DNA of 63,311 bases, the filler included, from Octopus bimaculoides (Eukaryota): the NCBI RefSeq assembly GCF_001194135.2. It is 3 parts of 3 records of this genome, joined end to end, with 100 filler letters (N's around TTAATTAATTAA, not from the genome) between each part and the next. Parts side by side here need not be neighbours in the genome. Positions count along the whole stretch, not along the records: positions 36,833 to 63,311 come from NC_068988.1; 2 more parts are not named here. One strand, 5' to 3'. Below are positions 38,065 to 52,108 of the stretch, one piece after another (position 1 is the first letter of the stretch; every line of letters starts with the position of its first letter). A program made the position numbers and the translations under genes. A model generated the notes under the pieces. It was not told the DNA's origin, did not search any database, and saw nothing but the letters and a program-made list of their open reading frames with translations.

Positions 38065-38250
38065 ACTAGTGCTGCTGCCACATAAAATACATTCTGCAAA
38101 GTGGTTGGCATTAGGAAGGGCATCCAAACATAGAAACCATGCTGAAGTAGACTTGTATGATGCAACCCTTGGGTTCATTGAATCCTGTCCACCCATGCCA
38201 GAGTGGAAGATGGACTTTCTGTTATGATGGCGATGATGATGATGGTTATG
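38065..38250 (+). mobile_element. SINE family C (GAT-repeat tail)
   Basis: GTGGTTGGCATTAGGAAGGGCATCC..ACCCATGCCAG..(GAT)n, shared with copies at 53122 and 60165. Confidence 0.75.
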
Positions 38251-39099
38251 ATGAGATGCTTCTTCAGTTTCTGTGTCTTAATTTCACTCAAAAGGTATCG
38301 GTCAATACCTGCTTAAAGAGCAGGACACCAGCCATTTGAACCCCTAACCATGGGATTCCAAAACTAATTTCCTTAACCACGACTACACCTGTGTGTATAC
38401 ATATGTGAGAGAGTGTGTGAGTGTGTGTGTGCACGTGTGGATGTGTATATACATGCATGTATGTTTCTATGCCTGTTTGGTGGCACAAATGGATGAATAA
38501 AACTCAAATGCAGAGAATATATTTATAAGCTGCATAAGTGACTCAAGGGCCTTGAGTTTCGTGCAAGACTTTTTATCAATCTTTTGCACAAAACTTTTTG
38601 TTTAATGACTGAAACAAGTAAAAGATTAAAAAAAAAGGAAAAGCAAGAAAGAAAGTAAAATAATAATAATAATAATAATATTAATAAGTTTACGTCATTG
38701 ATTACGGAAGGAGATAGGAAAGTTTTCTGAGGAATGATCAACAAGTTGTGAATTGCTCTGCCAGAAACCTCCTACCCCCACATCCTGTGTTTTTTTTTAT
38801 GCACACTGAAAACAAATAAGGAATGTGTTTATATTACTACATAGTTCTTTATCGTAGCTAATGGCTGGTATTATAATATTTCATTTTATTTCAGTACTTA
38901 TCTATCTATCTGTCTGTCTGTCTGTCTGTCTATTCCCTCTCTTTCTTTCTATGTCTGTGTATCTGTCTGTCGGTTTGTATATCTGTCTGCCCCCTCTCTT
39001 TCACTATATTATATGCATGTATGTCTGTGTCTGCACGTGTGTACACACACACACATGAATATAAAGTTATATAAACTACGAAAGACAGTAACAATCAGG

Positions 39100-42000
39100 G
39101 GCAACGCGCACAACGATAAGAAATTCAGATTTGATAAAAAGTGAAAGTACAATATCTGAAATTTCATTCATGAATGAGTTTCAATTTAAAGTTCCTTAGA
39201 ATTAAGCCACGGCACTTGTGAGAATTAGTTCAGAGAAGGAAGAGAGAGAGAGAAAGAAAGAAAGAACAATAAGTGGGTGTACTGTCGACCTGACAGACAG
39301 ACAGATAGAAAGATATATAGTACATTGAGGTTTTCAACCCAGCAGGGAATAGCACTAGTATTCTTCATAAACAACGAATGGTAATATTAAATTCCTTCTT
39401 AAGGAGTTAAAGAAGTTGGCGCTTCAAGACGGAGCATTATGGACTGTCTACGACGAAAGTCAATTCCATTAATTATAACGGAGGGAAGTACCCCAATTAA
39501 AGTGAAATAATAAAGGAAAATCAAATATTTAGGTAAGTACATATTTTCTATACTTGAAATTGTGTTAAATAAATTATACATATATATATAGTTTATTTGT
39601 TGTTAAGGAAGTTTGCAGTCGGCGTTTATCTGATCTCTGTCTGACACAACTAATTTAGGTTATTTATTAATTAATTGCGGTTTCTTTAATTGATGTTATT
39701 TTGATAAAGAATTTAAAATAAAATTACGAGATGGTAGATGATAAAGCAAAATACTGGAATTGGGGAGATATTTGGTGCTGCTTCTAAATCTTCTGCTCTG
39801 GTGCTTATTTTATTATTTTTGGTCTTATTCAAAAGAATCTCCAAATGTGCCCGAACGGTGTGTATGTGCACACACAGATATATAAAGGACGCATATGTGT
39901 ACACAAAGAATGTGTCTATGATTATAAACAATGTGTGTGTGTGTGTAATTGATATAGTCAGTCGTACAGCTATTTCGAAACCCTGTCATAATTTCCTTAC
40001 ATCAAGGAAGCAAATAAGAATGGTAAGCCTTAGTTTTGTTACGTTCGTTTTTAAAATGCGTTCATATTTTGGAATTAGAATGTCTTCTTTGCAATTAATG
40101 TAAAAAGACGAGAGGAATTTAAAATTGAAAACAAAAACGGTTGATTACTTTGAAGTTTTGACAACCAAGTTTTACTTTTGCAAATATATAAATATATGTA
40201 TGTATATTGTTCCTTTTTGGTTAGACATACATATAAAGCGCATATTTTAAAAGAATAGAGGAGAAATATTGTGATGCTATTCTGAAGAGTATTTGCGGAG
40301 TAAACGAAGACAACTTGTATCAACTCAATTGGAACAGCGAGCTTCTAGAGGACTTTACGATCTTTCACACATTCATACATAGACAAGAAAAAGGTAGAGC
40401 GAGAGAAGAGAGAGGGAAAGAAAGTGGTGAATAAAAAGAGAGAGAGAGAGGTCTTAAAATTCTTTAAAAGTTTCAATTGCGAATTGAAACTGCGAACACA
40501 TGCTTTAGCTTCACAAGATGTAAATGAAATAATTATCAGACTTACAACTGACCTAATTAAAGTCGGGAAGAATTTCATATTCAGCTTTGTTTTAATTTAA
40601 TAATTTCCCACCAAAGGAATCAGATTACTCCACTCTTCCTAAAAAATATGATAAATAACAGAAATAAAGCAACACTTTATCTTTTTCATTTAATATTTAT
40701 TCTCTTCCTCTGGTATAAAAATAAATTCTCAGCAAATGTTTGAGAGGCACAAAATTCCTTCTAATTAAACTCCCCCAAAGCATCAGAAAATTGCCAGCGA
40801 AGTCTTAATCACGGCTAGGTTGTTATGATACATCCTCCAGTGGCGAAGTTAACGTTAATAGAATCAAGAATGTATGTTATATGGTATTTGATATACCTGT
40901 AATTGGCACCACTGCTGGCCTCTCTGAGGCTTTTCTTTTTGCTCATTTTGTTTATACCTAGTAAACTCTCTTTACGTTGTGAGTTCAAATCCTGCTCAGG
41001 TCAACTTTACCCTTAATCCTTTCGAGGTTGATTAAATAAAATAACAGTCACGAATGGGGTCGATTTAATATTTCTATGGAAATATATCCTAGCCATGAAT
41101 TACCTGTCGATTCTTAAGGTGTGTCGAATTAAAATGAAAGACATTAAGAGCATTCCTTTATCAGGTGACAGCGACCCTGTGCCGTTAGGTGAAGTTTTAG
41201 TGGTTTATCCTTTGATTGGATCCATATGAGGGCGCTACCTCTCAAACTATTTAGGCAGAAACCACAGCTGGTTATTCTTTCAGTAAACACAACCGGAGCG
41301 AGCTGTTCTCGATCTTTTTTGAATACGACTCGACCATAATGGAAATGATGTTCTGCTCGTCTCAACGCAACAAGACATCAAGTTGTCCATCCTCTCTCCC
41401 TGGTCACGCATATTCTCTTAAATTTCACCTCGGCCACATTTTTTTGTTTTTTTCACACGAGAAAGCCAAAAAGAACTTCAAAGTAAGAACGTCTGTATGA
41501 CTCAAACCTTTTATTTTTAATTAACAATGTTTTAATTGAAATTCTCTCTCCTTCTTTTTTTACCTGTGTGAATTGACGTTTCATCTGTAGTTACTAACAT
41601 TTGGAAGCAACCACGTCTTGCTCACCCACTTTGAACTATCGGTGAAAGTCTTCTTTTGGCTAACCTGCAGTTTAGGGGTTTCAAATGAAAGTCAATTGAC
41701 TGGAAGTGACGATATTGACGTCCCATAATTTCCCATAAAGGCAAAGTAATGAGAATTGGTGAAATCCTTTAATTTTATTAAAAGAACTCGTTCTCTTATG
41801 TCGCATTACGGGCACCTACTTCTTTGGTGCCTTCTAGTGATATATCTTAAATATTTTAGGGATAGAAACCGTTTCAACGTACTATTTAATTCTTTTTAAA
41901 AACCTTTACTGTATGTTAACCTTGTTTTGCAGAAAACTGAAATTAAATTTATAATTATCTTTTGCATATATATTTTCGACTTACAGACATAAATATAGAT

Positions 42001-43390
42001 TGTGGCAACCCTTCAACTTCGTTTTTTTTTTTCAGAATTTTTTTAAGAACAAAAGCAAAAGATGTTTATCTTTTAATCGCATTTTTTCGAGTGTCGGTTA
42101 CAATTATTTTAGCATTAAAATTTTTAAGGAATTTCGGCCTACTGCCCTCTTGGCTTTTTTTTTTTTTTTTAAATAACTCTCTTTAAAATCCATATTTATT
42201 TTAATGACATTTAACAAAAAAATTCGAGAGTAAATTGCATCATGTCAATATGTCAAACAAATCTCAAACAAAGGTCCCATATTGTCACCTAAGTATCTTC
42301 TTGGCGAGCATCCGTCACCCTTCTATAATCTATATATGATTGCTGTTATCATTTGGATCAATGAAATTATTGAGTAAATAGTCGACAACTTGATGAGTAT
42401 AGAAGTTGCCAAGATCCACATACGAATCCCACCCATCGGGTATCAAACGTGTTTTATGAAATTGTGGTATATCACTAGTGTTACTTCCGATTTCTGTCTC
42501 AGTTTACTTTCATTGTTTAGGACTATTTACTTTCACTGTTTTATGACGGTAAAAAAAAAAAGAAATCTCATTCCTCAAAAGATAGGATAACCACAGCTTT
42601 GATCAGAGATCTAATCATGTTTGACCAGTGTACTAAACAACGGTCACCACCACAACAACAATATTCAGTAGATTGTCTCTTCAAAATGTGAGAGAAGTCT
42701 TATATAACTCCTGTCAAAATGAAAAAGAAATATTTCTTTTGTCTCGTCATTAATTTATTAAATAACATCAACTTTATTTCACGTCAACCAACATTCAATG
42801 ATTGTCCTCCTGATAAAAGTATAAATCGTCTAGATTTGATCGACTGATTGATTGATTTTAGCTAGTTTCACTCATTGTCTCAACTGATTTGGTCTTGAAA
42901 AAGAAAAAGAGGAAGATAAAAAGCGAGCACCTCCCAAAACACTTTACGTTATTTTATTTTTATTATTTTTTCATTTAAAGCCAAAATATTATTGTATTAA
43001 AATGGTGTTTGTTGAGTTTGTCATTTTCATAAAGTTGATGTTGATTTAGTGTCTGAAGAACAAAAAGATTTGACGGCTTGTTTTGGTTGTTTCTTTGATG
43101 GAACCATTTACCATTTACTATTTTAATGGATTTGATGTGGTGCGGGGGGCGGGGGGCTTTTTATGTAATGTTGACTTTACGATAATATTTTATTATGAAG
43201 TCTGGTGAGGAGAAAAACAAATGAAGTGAAATCATTTCAGAAATTCAATGATGGGAATAAAAACATCGACAGACAGACAGACAGACAACAAAGTTTTCCA
43301 TTAGACATTTATGTTTTTGAGTCGTAGAGCGGATGGGATATTATCTTCGTATTGCTTATTTAGACATTCCTGTACAATAGATGGAGATTA
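39100..43390. promoter_or_regulatory. Repeat-poor, CpG-retaining block; candidate unmethylated promoter / 5' region
   Basis: Few SINEs, CpGs frequent by eye, flanked by CpG-decayed repeats. Splice-donor-like sites AG|GTAAGT (~39533, +), ATG|GTAAGC (~40022, +), CAG|GTAATT (~41105, -), CAG|GTAAAA (~41563, -). GC box at 43142-43157. Inference only. Confidence 0.35.
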
Positions 43391-43394
43391 TCTA

Positions 43395-44144
43395 CGAGGG
43401 TGGCTTGACAAGTTCGACTGAAGGAATGATGCTAGAGCTGTGAAATCTTGCATGCATTAATTTCAACTCTTCATGAGAATCTGACATTGTTTGAGGTAGA
43501 ACCAGCTGGTTTCTGTGAACGTTTCCGAACCCAGAATGAGTGTTGGCTTCATCACTTTGAGTAAGAGAGATTATCCATGCAGTGAAAACACCCCTTCCTC
43601 ACCTGCTCTGAAAAAGGTCAATGTTGTTTTATTTTTGGTGAAGGTCATGGCCTCAGTTTTTTGAGATGCAAAAGGTATTGTGTTTATTTACTATCTTCAG
43701 TAGGGCCACACCATCAATGGAGAGTTCTATGCCACCTTGCTGAGACAGCCACGAAAGGCTATCAAAAACAAATACCAAGGAAAACTGACAAACGGGGTCT
43801 TGTTTCATGAGGACAATGCACCAGTACACAAGTTCTTGGTTTCAGTGGCTGCTGTGCATGACTATGGCTTTGAACTGGTTGACCACCCTTCCTGTTCTGG
43901 ATTGGCTACATCCAACTACCATCTGTTGCTCCAACATAAAAGAACACTCGGCTGGCAACCAATATCACAGTAATGCTGTCATATCTACTGGTAAAAGCTT
44001 TTCCATCAGTGAGGTCCAAGCACAGCAATACTGGTAGAAGAAGTGTGTGGTCTGCAAGGGGAACTATTTTGAAAAATAAACTTCATTTGGTCACATACCA
44101 CGAAAGTATCTTGGTCAGTAAATGAACTTTTCACCTGACCCATG
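43395..44144 (+). mobile_element. Mariner transposon, internally deleted, with decayed catalytic domain
   Basis: TA-CGAGGGTGGCTTGACAAGTT / AACTTTTCACCTGACCCATG termini. TQNECW (for TGDETW), KVMASVF*DAKG, LFHEDNAPVHK, DHPSCSGLATSNYHLL (for HPPYSPDLAPSDYHLF). Confidence 0.9.
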
Positions 44145-44876
44145 TTAATGTGTTAAGAACTGCAATCTCAATCTTTGAAGCACTGAAGATTATGGTTTTA
44201 AACAAAACAAGCATTCTAAAAAAAATTTAATTAAAAACAATGAAAAAGGGGGGTATTTTTACCTCACACCACCCCTTGTATGTAATTTTTCAGTTTTGAC
44301 CCTTTCCAAAAAATCTTTTGAAAATGAAATAAATCTCTTTGCAATATAATTAATTTTATTAAAAGCTTATCTCTAACTAATTTATGTCATCATATGTTAT
44401 CATTTTACCTGGATTGGATAGTTTGACAGGATCCACCAATGGAACAGAGAATCCCATCTTGCTCCAATGTCTCTCTTTTGGCATGGTATCTATAGCTGGA
44501 TGCCCTTCCTAACACTAACCAATTTTCAGAGGGGACTGAATGCATTTTTCATGATACCAGCATTATAGAGATTACTTTATGTTGTAAGACTAAAGAGCTC
44601 TGTCAAATCCTTCTTTCTCACTGCTTCAATCAATTGGCCAACAATTTATGTGGCACCAGCACTGGTAAAGTCACCTTAAAGCTCACAGGGCAAAAAAGAG
44701 CTTCTGAGATCAATGGAATAGATTTATTGAACACTCCAATAAGAGAATTAATTTTTGAAGAAAGATGTTAATTATAGTCTGCTTGAAGCATTGTGATACA
44801 GAACTAAAATAACAAATAATGGAGATTGAGGGCTTCTAGTGAAAAGGAAAATTTGAGTGACCTTTATATACTTCAG

Positions 44877-44917
44877 GCATAAAGGTCCATCATCAGAAGT
44901 GAATGACTTGAAGATAT
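44877..44917 (+). other. Candidate 41-nt exon
   Basis: CTTTATATACTTCAG| acceptor and |GTAAGT donor; the single open frame reads HKGPSSEVNDLKI. Could be chance. Confidence 0.25.
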
Positions 44918-46020
44918 GTAAGTTTATGTCCTTCTAATTGTTGTTTCTCTTGTCCACGTTTGTGTCATCTATCTGTCCAACCATTTTAATGCCTTCTGTT
45001 GCATTTTTGTTCCATTTATATATATATTTTATATATATAAAATCTGTGTGTTTGTAGCTTTGATTGTATGTATGTGAATGTATGCATTGTGTTGATATTT
45101 GTGTGTTTATATATGTGAGTGTTTTATATATATAAATATTAGTATAGATGTATGTGTTTATATGTATGAGATATTAGTCTCTTCATCTGTTTAGTTATAG
45201 AGAACACCACCATAATGCCTTTGGAATAAACAAGATACTGAAACAAAGAACTGTTTCTATAAACCAATATTTTCTACTCTAAACCAATTCCTAAGATCCA
45301 GTATTATTAATATTGCTGGGATATTTAACAGTTCCAAATTTCCATTGAAGTTTAGAAATATCTTTAATATCGCTAAGTAAATCTTGAGACTTCTTCCTCT
45401 TAGAAATGGAAATTAATTTGGTTATCTTTCCACTTGATGTGTGTTCGTTACAAAATGACCTTAAAACTTGCTGGGCATTATCAATATTAGATCAATATTC
45501 AATATTTCTCAGTTATAAACTTTGGTTCTGTGATAAGTTTTCCAATTTCAAGACTTCCTCTTGGACTTTCTTTTTCTGAAACTGAACGGCTATGATGTTA
45601 GCTCTAAAGATAGGTGGTGTACATATAAAGGAATTTCTGCTGAGATTTCTGACATTTTGCTTCAATTAATGGTTAATAATTCCTGCTTTTAGACGTTGGA
45701 TTTATAATGACTATCAAACAGCATCCATAAATAGTCATGATGGAAATTACCATTTCCTACTTTATCTCTCCAAGAACTATTTTAATATTTCTTTATTTGG
45801 ATCTTTTTTAAAACGGGGGCCACATTTTTCATTAACGAAACACTTTGAAACTTGGAACACTGGTAGAATGGGTCATATAAAACATCTTTTTTCTCTTAGT
45901 CTTCTTTAAAAAAAAAGAAATCCATAAATTATTCCATGTTAAAGTTGTTGTATTTCTGTAATTTCAACCAATCACTGACGTCCATTCAGCCGATATACAT
46001 TAAGTGCCGACTACATAAAC

Positions 46021-46113
46021 AAACGATTCTGAAACAATTAATCCTAACCCTAACTCTAACCCTAACCCTAACGTTAGGGTTAGGGTTAGGGTTAAAGCAA
46101 ATTTAAAATGAAA
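46021..46113. repeat. Inverted repeat centred on (CCCTAA)~5-CG-(TTAGGG)3
   Basis: Telomeric hexamers at 46043-46071 and 46074-46091. Outer inverted arms AAACGATTCT (46021-30) / AGAATCGTTT (46104-13) run into an N gap. Confidence 0.85.
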
Positions 46114-47055
46114 AAAGCAAATAAGAATCGTTTNNNNNNNNNNNNNNNNNNNNNNNNNNNNNNNNNNNNNNNNNNNNNNNNNNNNNNNNNNNNNNNNNNN
46201 NNNNNNNNNNNNNNNNNNNNNNNNNNNNNNNNNNNNNNNNNNNNNNNNNNNNNNNNNNNNNNNNNNNNNNNNNNNNNNNNNNNNNNNNNNNNNNNNNNNN
46301 NNNNNNNNNNNNNNNNNNNNNNNNNNNNNNNNNNNNNNNNNNNNNNNNNNNNNNNNNNNNNNNNNNNNNNNNNNNNNNNNNNNNNNNNNNNNNNNNNNNN
46401 NNNNNNNNNNNNNNNNNNNNNNNNNNNNNNNNNNNNNNNNNNNNNNNNNNNNNNNNNNNNNNNNNNNNNNNNNNNNNNNNNNNNNNNNNNNNNNNNNNNN
46501 NNNNNNNNNNNNNNNNNNNNNNNNNNNNNNNNNNNNNNNNNNNNNNNNNNNNNNNNNNNNNNNNNNNNNNNNNNNNNNNNNNNNNNNNNNNNNNNNNNNN
46601 NNNNNNNNNNNNNNNNNNNNNNNNNNNNNNNNNNNNNNNNNNNNNNNNNNNNNNNNNNNNNNNNNNNNNNNNNNNNNNNNNNNNNNNNNGCAGTGTATTT
46701 ATAATGAAGAATATTGTATGTGGTGATTGATGATCTAAAGTCTATTTCTCAGCATAATAGAAATTTATTTCTTTTGCCCCCTATTTACAATTGCATGTGT
46801 ATATATATATATATATATATATATGAATAAAAGGGACCAGGAGATGTGGCAATTTGCTGTACTCGATAAAACATATCAAGCTAAATAAAATTAATGTCTT
46901 CCACAGGAAGATAGGATTGTCCTTTCAGGTGTTGGTGCCACTTTAAAAAGCATTTGTGCCAGTGCTGCATTGATGCACCTGTGCTGGTGCTGTGTTAATG
47001 CACCCATGACAGTGGCACATAAAAAGGACCCAGCAGGTTAAAATCAAGTATAAAA

Positions 47056-47130
47056 AACCATGGGATGAGGTGATGAAGAATGACCTTCAAACATTGGGCC
47101 TCACAGAGGCAATGACCTTTGGAGATATGC
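47056..47130 (+). mobile_element. RTE-clade LINE C-terminal fragment
   Basis: KPWDEVMKNDLQTLGLTEAMT then (frameshift) LWRY-like; resembles the RTE ORF2 end. Confidence 0.55.
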
Positions 47131-47134
47131 AACT

Positions 47135-47476
47135 AAACCTCCACCAAGGCAACACCAATGTCCTCTCAATGATTAGCTAGAAAAGATTTTTAAAATGAGA
47201 ATATCTGAAATAAACTCAACTGCTCTCACAAATGAGAATACTAAAATTGGACTCGACTGCTCTCAAAATTTAAGTAAAAAAACAGGAAAAAATAATCAAG
47301 AATCCTTGTCTGGTGCCGGATCGATCCCAAAATCTAATCAGTTTGTGCTAGTCAGGAGGCCAAACATCCCTGAAAGTTCCATCCAAATCCATCCAGTGGT
47401 TCTTGAGATATCTTGTTCACAGACAAACAAACAAATACAACTGAAAACAATCCCCTGCTTTCGCTAAGGCGGAGGT
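47135..47476 (+). mobile_element. Helentron/HINE (pearl-like) element, single-core copy
   Basis: ACCTCCACCAAGGCAAC ... ACAAACAAACAAA ... TAAGGCGGAGGT; colinear with 188-777 minus that copy's insertion. Confidence 0.7.
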
Positions 47477-48639
47477 AATAATGTGATTTATACATGAGTA
47501 AATATGGTATTTGTCATTGTGGTGCCATGGCTCACTTTGCTGCTCTTTGGAAGTGTTGTTAATCTCTGGAACGATTACTTTTGACAGAATAGAATCTTAT
47601 TCATCTTCACACCATAAAACCGAAGTTAAAACTCTGGAACCCAAGACCTGACTATTCTTTACTGCATTACTCTGGTGTGTTGCATTGTAAATTGTTTCCT
47701 TTACAAGTTGTGTAGAGGAGTTCTTTGTGACAAAGAGAACAGCTCAAGTAAAAAAAAAAAATAGAAAAAATTTATGTAAAATGTAACTTAAAATATAAAC
47801 AATGTGAAAAATCTACATTGGAACAAATTACAAAAGGAAAAAAATTATTTGAAAGGATTTGGTAACTTTACCCATTCCTTTACACATAACCCCCCACCCC
47901 CAGCAAAATAGAAAAGAACAAAAAGCCCAAAATAGCTATGGTAAAGAATATTGAAATTTTATAAGTTTTGAACTGAAATAAGGTTTAACAAGGAAAAGAA
48001 ACCAAAAATGAATTGGAACGAGAATGAAAGTAATCCGTAGTTGTCGTCTTGTTCTAGATTTCTTTTCCTGCTGAAGTTAATTGTACTCCACCCAAAATTC
48101 TTCAATCTACTTGACCCAAAGAAAGTCTGTGGAACACTTAAGGCATTGAAGATGTCTCATAAATATTGTTTTACCTTCCCTTAAAACAATACTTCTGGGA
48201 AACTGTTGCTGGCTATATTTAGCTAAAATACCCCCTCTTCCCCCACAGCCGAACATCTTTATAGATATTTACAGTTTTGTTTTCTTCCTTTCTGTTGTAT
48301 TCTATGACTTAGTTCTTGTAATCATTCGATTCGGTTGTCAGGTGAGTTTGTTTCTCTTTATCCTACTTGACACTTCGATGTCATGTGTCCAAAAACGAGG
48401 TAAAATTCATTTCAGTAGCAAAACACGACAAACAAAAGTTGTAGAAAATAAAATAGATGCTACAAAAAAACCAAAAAACCTCCACAAAACACTGTGATAA
48501 CAATAATTTTAATTCAAATAATAATGGAAAGGATCAAAATAAATGGGAAAAAAAAAGAAACAATTTATCTGACAATTCAAGAGTTTAAATGTCATTTGTA
48601 AAGTGTTTTACGAATGACCAACTTGTCCGATGGTCAGGT

Positions 48640-49140
48640 GCAGGGTCGGTTGTGTGGTTAGGAAGTTTGCTTTCTAGCCATGTGGTTTTGTGTTCAATCC
48701 CACTGCGTCTTCTATAGATCCTGGTTGACTAAAGCCTTATGACTAGTCGACAGAGACTGAAATAAGCTCATTGAATACAGATATAGATTCTTTTATTTGT
48801 TTCAGTCATTTGACTGTGGCCATGCTGGAGCACTGCCTTTAGTCAAACAAATTGACCCCAGGACTTATTCTTTGTAAGCCTAGTACTTATTTTATCAGTC
48901 TCTTTTGCTGAACCGCTAATTATGGGGATGTAAACACACTAGCATCGGTTGTCAAGTGATGGCGGGAGGACAAACACACACACACTTATATATGACAGGC
49001 TTCTTTCAGTTTCCGTCTACCAAATCCACTCAGAAGGCTTTGGTCGGCTTGAAGACACTTGCCCAAACTACCATGCAGTGGGACTGAACCCAAAACCATG
49101 TGGTTGGTAATTAAGCTGCTTACCATACAACCACTCTAAT
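48640..49140. mobile_element. SINE family A plus-strand head followed by a near-full minus-strand copy
   Basis: Head TGTGTGGTTAGGAAGTTTGC (48650). Minus copy 48790-49135 with TTTCAGTCATTTGACTGTGGCCATGCTGGAGCAC. Confidence 0.85.
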
Positions 49141-49879
49141 ATAGGATTGTTTGTAGAAATACATAAATCTGGATGAGAAGCACACTCTAAGAGGTCAAGC
49201 AGTGAATATTATTGTGGGGTTGTAAATGAGCATCACTGTCATACAAGCAGGGTCGTTTGTAGTCTAACATGCAAAAACATATGACTGTGGAAAAAAAATT
49301 ATTTTGCTTGGAAACCTGCAAGTACATATGACTGTAGAAAAGTCTACGTCCACAAAAACTCTGTCTGACCCATGCAAGCACAGAAAAGTGGACATCAAAA
49401 CAGTGAAGATCTCACCAAAGTGATAAAGATGGTATGTAGACTGCAATTTGCAAAATATTTAAAAAAATAATAAATTTGCATTACTTTTCTTAAATAAACA
49501 TTACATCATTTATTTACTGTACCCCAACCAACAATGCTGTCAGTAGAACACCATGTGGTCTCTAGCATTAAAGAGATGCCATTATTTTATAATTTTATGT
49601 AAATCTGGAAGCTGTTTACTTAAAACACTAGGGTTTTGTTTAATTTAGATTCAGGTTTCAAACCTGTAAAACTGCTATAAATTTCTTGCATCATTTTGCA
49701 AACTTTTTCATTCAACTTTTTTTGTTTCCATTCTTTTTCTTTTTTCCCCTTTTGAGACCAACCTGCCTGAAGTCGTTCTGGTTTTATGATGCAAACTTCC
49801 GATTTTAACAAGATCTAAATTTAAACTTTCCATCAAAATTTCATAATGATTCTTCAGTTTGTGTCTGGAACATAAATTA

Positions 49880-50112
49880 ACATCATCCTCATCATCATTA
49901 TATAATGTCTGCTTTCCATGCTGGCATGGGTTGAACGGTTGGACTGAGGCTGCACCAATCTGATGTGGCAAGGTTTCTACAGCTGGATGCCCTTTCTTAC
50001 ACTAACCACTCTGAGAGTGTAGTGGGTGCTTTTTATGTGCCACTGGTATGGNNNNNNNNNNCTGGTATGGGAGCCAGTCAGGTGGCACTGGCATTGACCA
50101 CACTCAAATGGT

Positions 50113-50152
<40 letters not shown>

Positions 50153-50695
50153 GTTGTGTAAGATATTAGTTAGAGGTCATGTCAACCTTCTAAGGGATAG
50201 ATGTATCCATAGGCACTCCTATGGTCTTTGTTTTAAGGTATACGGTAGTAGGTAATTTAAAAGGTGAAACCATGGTTTAATATATATAAAGACGATAAGA
50301 AATGGAGCAAAAATAAAAGTGAGAAGTGGATTGTTGGTGTTATAAAGTGATTATTTATTTAAGAAGAGAATATGTTTACAGCTGTTCCAGTATATCAAGC
50401 TGGGGTAAATTTGTATTTACCTTGTTGCAATTGATAGATATCATCAGAACGATTAAATGGCAAAGATAAATAGAAGGAACATAGAAAGAAAATATGATGA
50501 AGAGAAAGGAAAAATGTTGGTTAATTCAATGGTCTTACATTTTAGTGAAATCCGTTAATTCGATATATCAGTTGAAGGACAGAAGAGAAGAGAGTTAAAC
50601 CCTTTTTCTTTTCCTTCTATTTATCTTTGCCATATAATCATTATTTTTACTCCATTTCTTATCATCTCTCTCTCTCTCTCTCTCTNNNNNNNNNN

Positions 50696-50741
<46 letters not shown>

Positions 50742-50985
50742 ACGTGCGTCTATTACTGTCTCCTTGCCTTGACATTACATGATAGTTGTGTCACCATCAT
50801 ATATACACACTGTCCTTCATTTCCAGTCTTCCATGAAGACATGTCTGGCCATGAGGAAATATTACCTCACTTGGAAACAGGGTAGGGCTGGTGACAGGAA
50901 AGGCATCCAACCACAGGAAATCTGCTTCAGCAAATTCTATTTGGCTCATGCAAGCATGGAAAAGTGGACGTGATGATGATGCATG
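49880..50985. mobile_element. SINE family C copies (minus 49880-50110; plus variant 50740-50985)
   Basis: TCATCAT..TTTCCATGCTGGCATGGGTTG..TACAGCTGGATGCCCTTTC on minus. GGAAAGGCATCCA..CATGCAAGCATGGAAAAGTGGACGTGATGATGAT on plus. Confidence 0.75.
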
Positions 50986-51863
50986 CGGTTGATGTATGCA
51001 AATAGATATAACTATTGCTATCTACCTGTGTACATTAAACTCTTCATAATTGATTGATCTGATTTGGCAACATTGTAAAACTGTGGGAATAGTGATGGAG
51101 ATGGGAAGGGTTGGGGATGCAGACGGTGCTGTCCATCTTTCCTTTGTGTCTCCTCTATTGATTGTTTAATTGTGGAAGCTGCAAGACATAGCTGTGATGG
51201 AATCAGAGAATGATGGAGGGTTGTTGTTGGTGGTGGTGGTGGTGGTGGTGGGAGATAATGATATAAAAGAAATATGAAGAATATTAATTAAGTACCTAGT
51301 AAATGATGACAGCTGACAAGTAGCTATTTATTTAATTATTAATGTCCATCTCTTTGTTCCATTTGGTCGATGCCAAAAACACTGGGAGAGATTTATGTCT
51401 TGCCAATGAAGTTTCTGTGAAATATTTTCTCTTGATGTTCAGGTATTAAAACAAACAGGTGACTTCAAACAAAAGAAAGAGGTTGACCTTTCTGGTTTGT
51501 ATCTCTCTTAGTAAGGAGTCATGTGTGTGCCTTAGGGTTATGACTTTTTCACAACTTAATAATCCTATACTGTAGTTTGATGAATAATTTCATAAAAGTC
51601 AGGAAATTAGCATTTACTTTGCTTTATTTGAAAAAGACGTCACCCCCAACTTAAGAAATTGATCACCACTTTTGATCCAAATCACACAAAATTCTAGTGG
51701 GGTTCATAATGCTTGCTCAAGTTTTTACCAATTTTGGTGTGCTGACTCGATGTATTGCAGAAATGGTATATCTGAGATTTTAGCTTTCTAGTTGAAGGAG
51801 TTTCAGAGTTATGGGCTTTTAAAACTACAATCACTAGGTGGCACTAGATTCACACCATGTCCT

Positions 51864-52108
51864 TTAACCCTTTGGCCTTTAACCCTTTGGCCTTTAGCAT
51901 TCAGATTATTCTGTCAAATGTAATATTCATTTATTGTTTTGAATTAATTGAAATCTCAAAGCTATGAGATAATGTGTGATTATGTGATTCTATATTTTTA
52001 GAATGACATTGCAGGGTAGGTGAGAGAGGCCTGACCTGGCTAGTTTTGAACATAAAACAGGAAGAATATTTGAGCCGGATATGGCCAATTCAAATGCAAA
52101 ATGCTTAA
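51864..52108. mobile_element. piggyBac-type MITE
   Basis: TTAA-CCCTTT start, ...AATGCAAAATGC-TTAA decayed end. The left end carries a 15-bp tandem duplication CCTTTAACCCTTTGG x2. Confidence 0.55.

Noticed and set aside
46043-46095. Ancestral telomere-telomere fusion site
   Set aside because: The order is CCCTAA then TTAGGG, the opposite of a fusion, and the arrays are very short.
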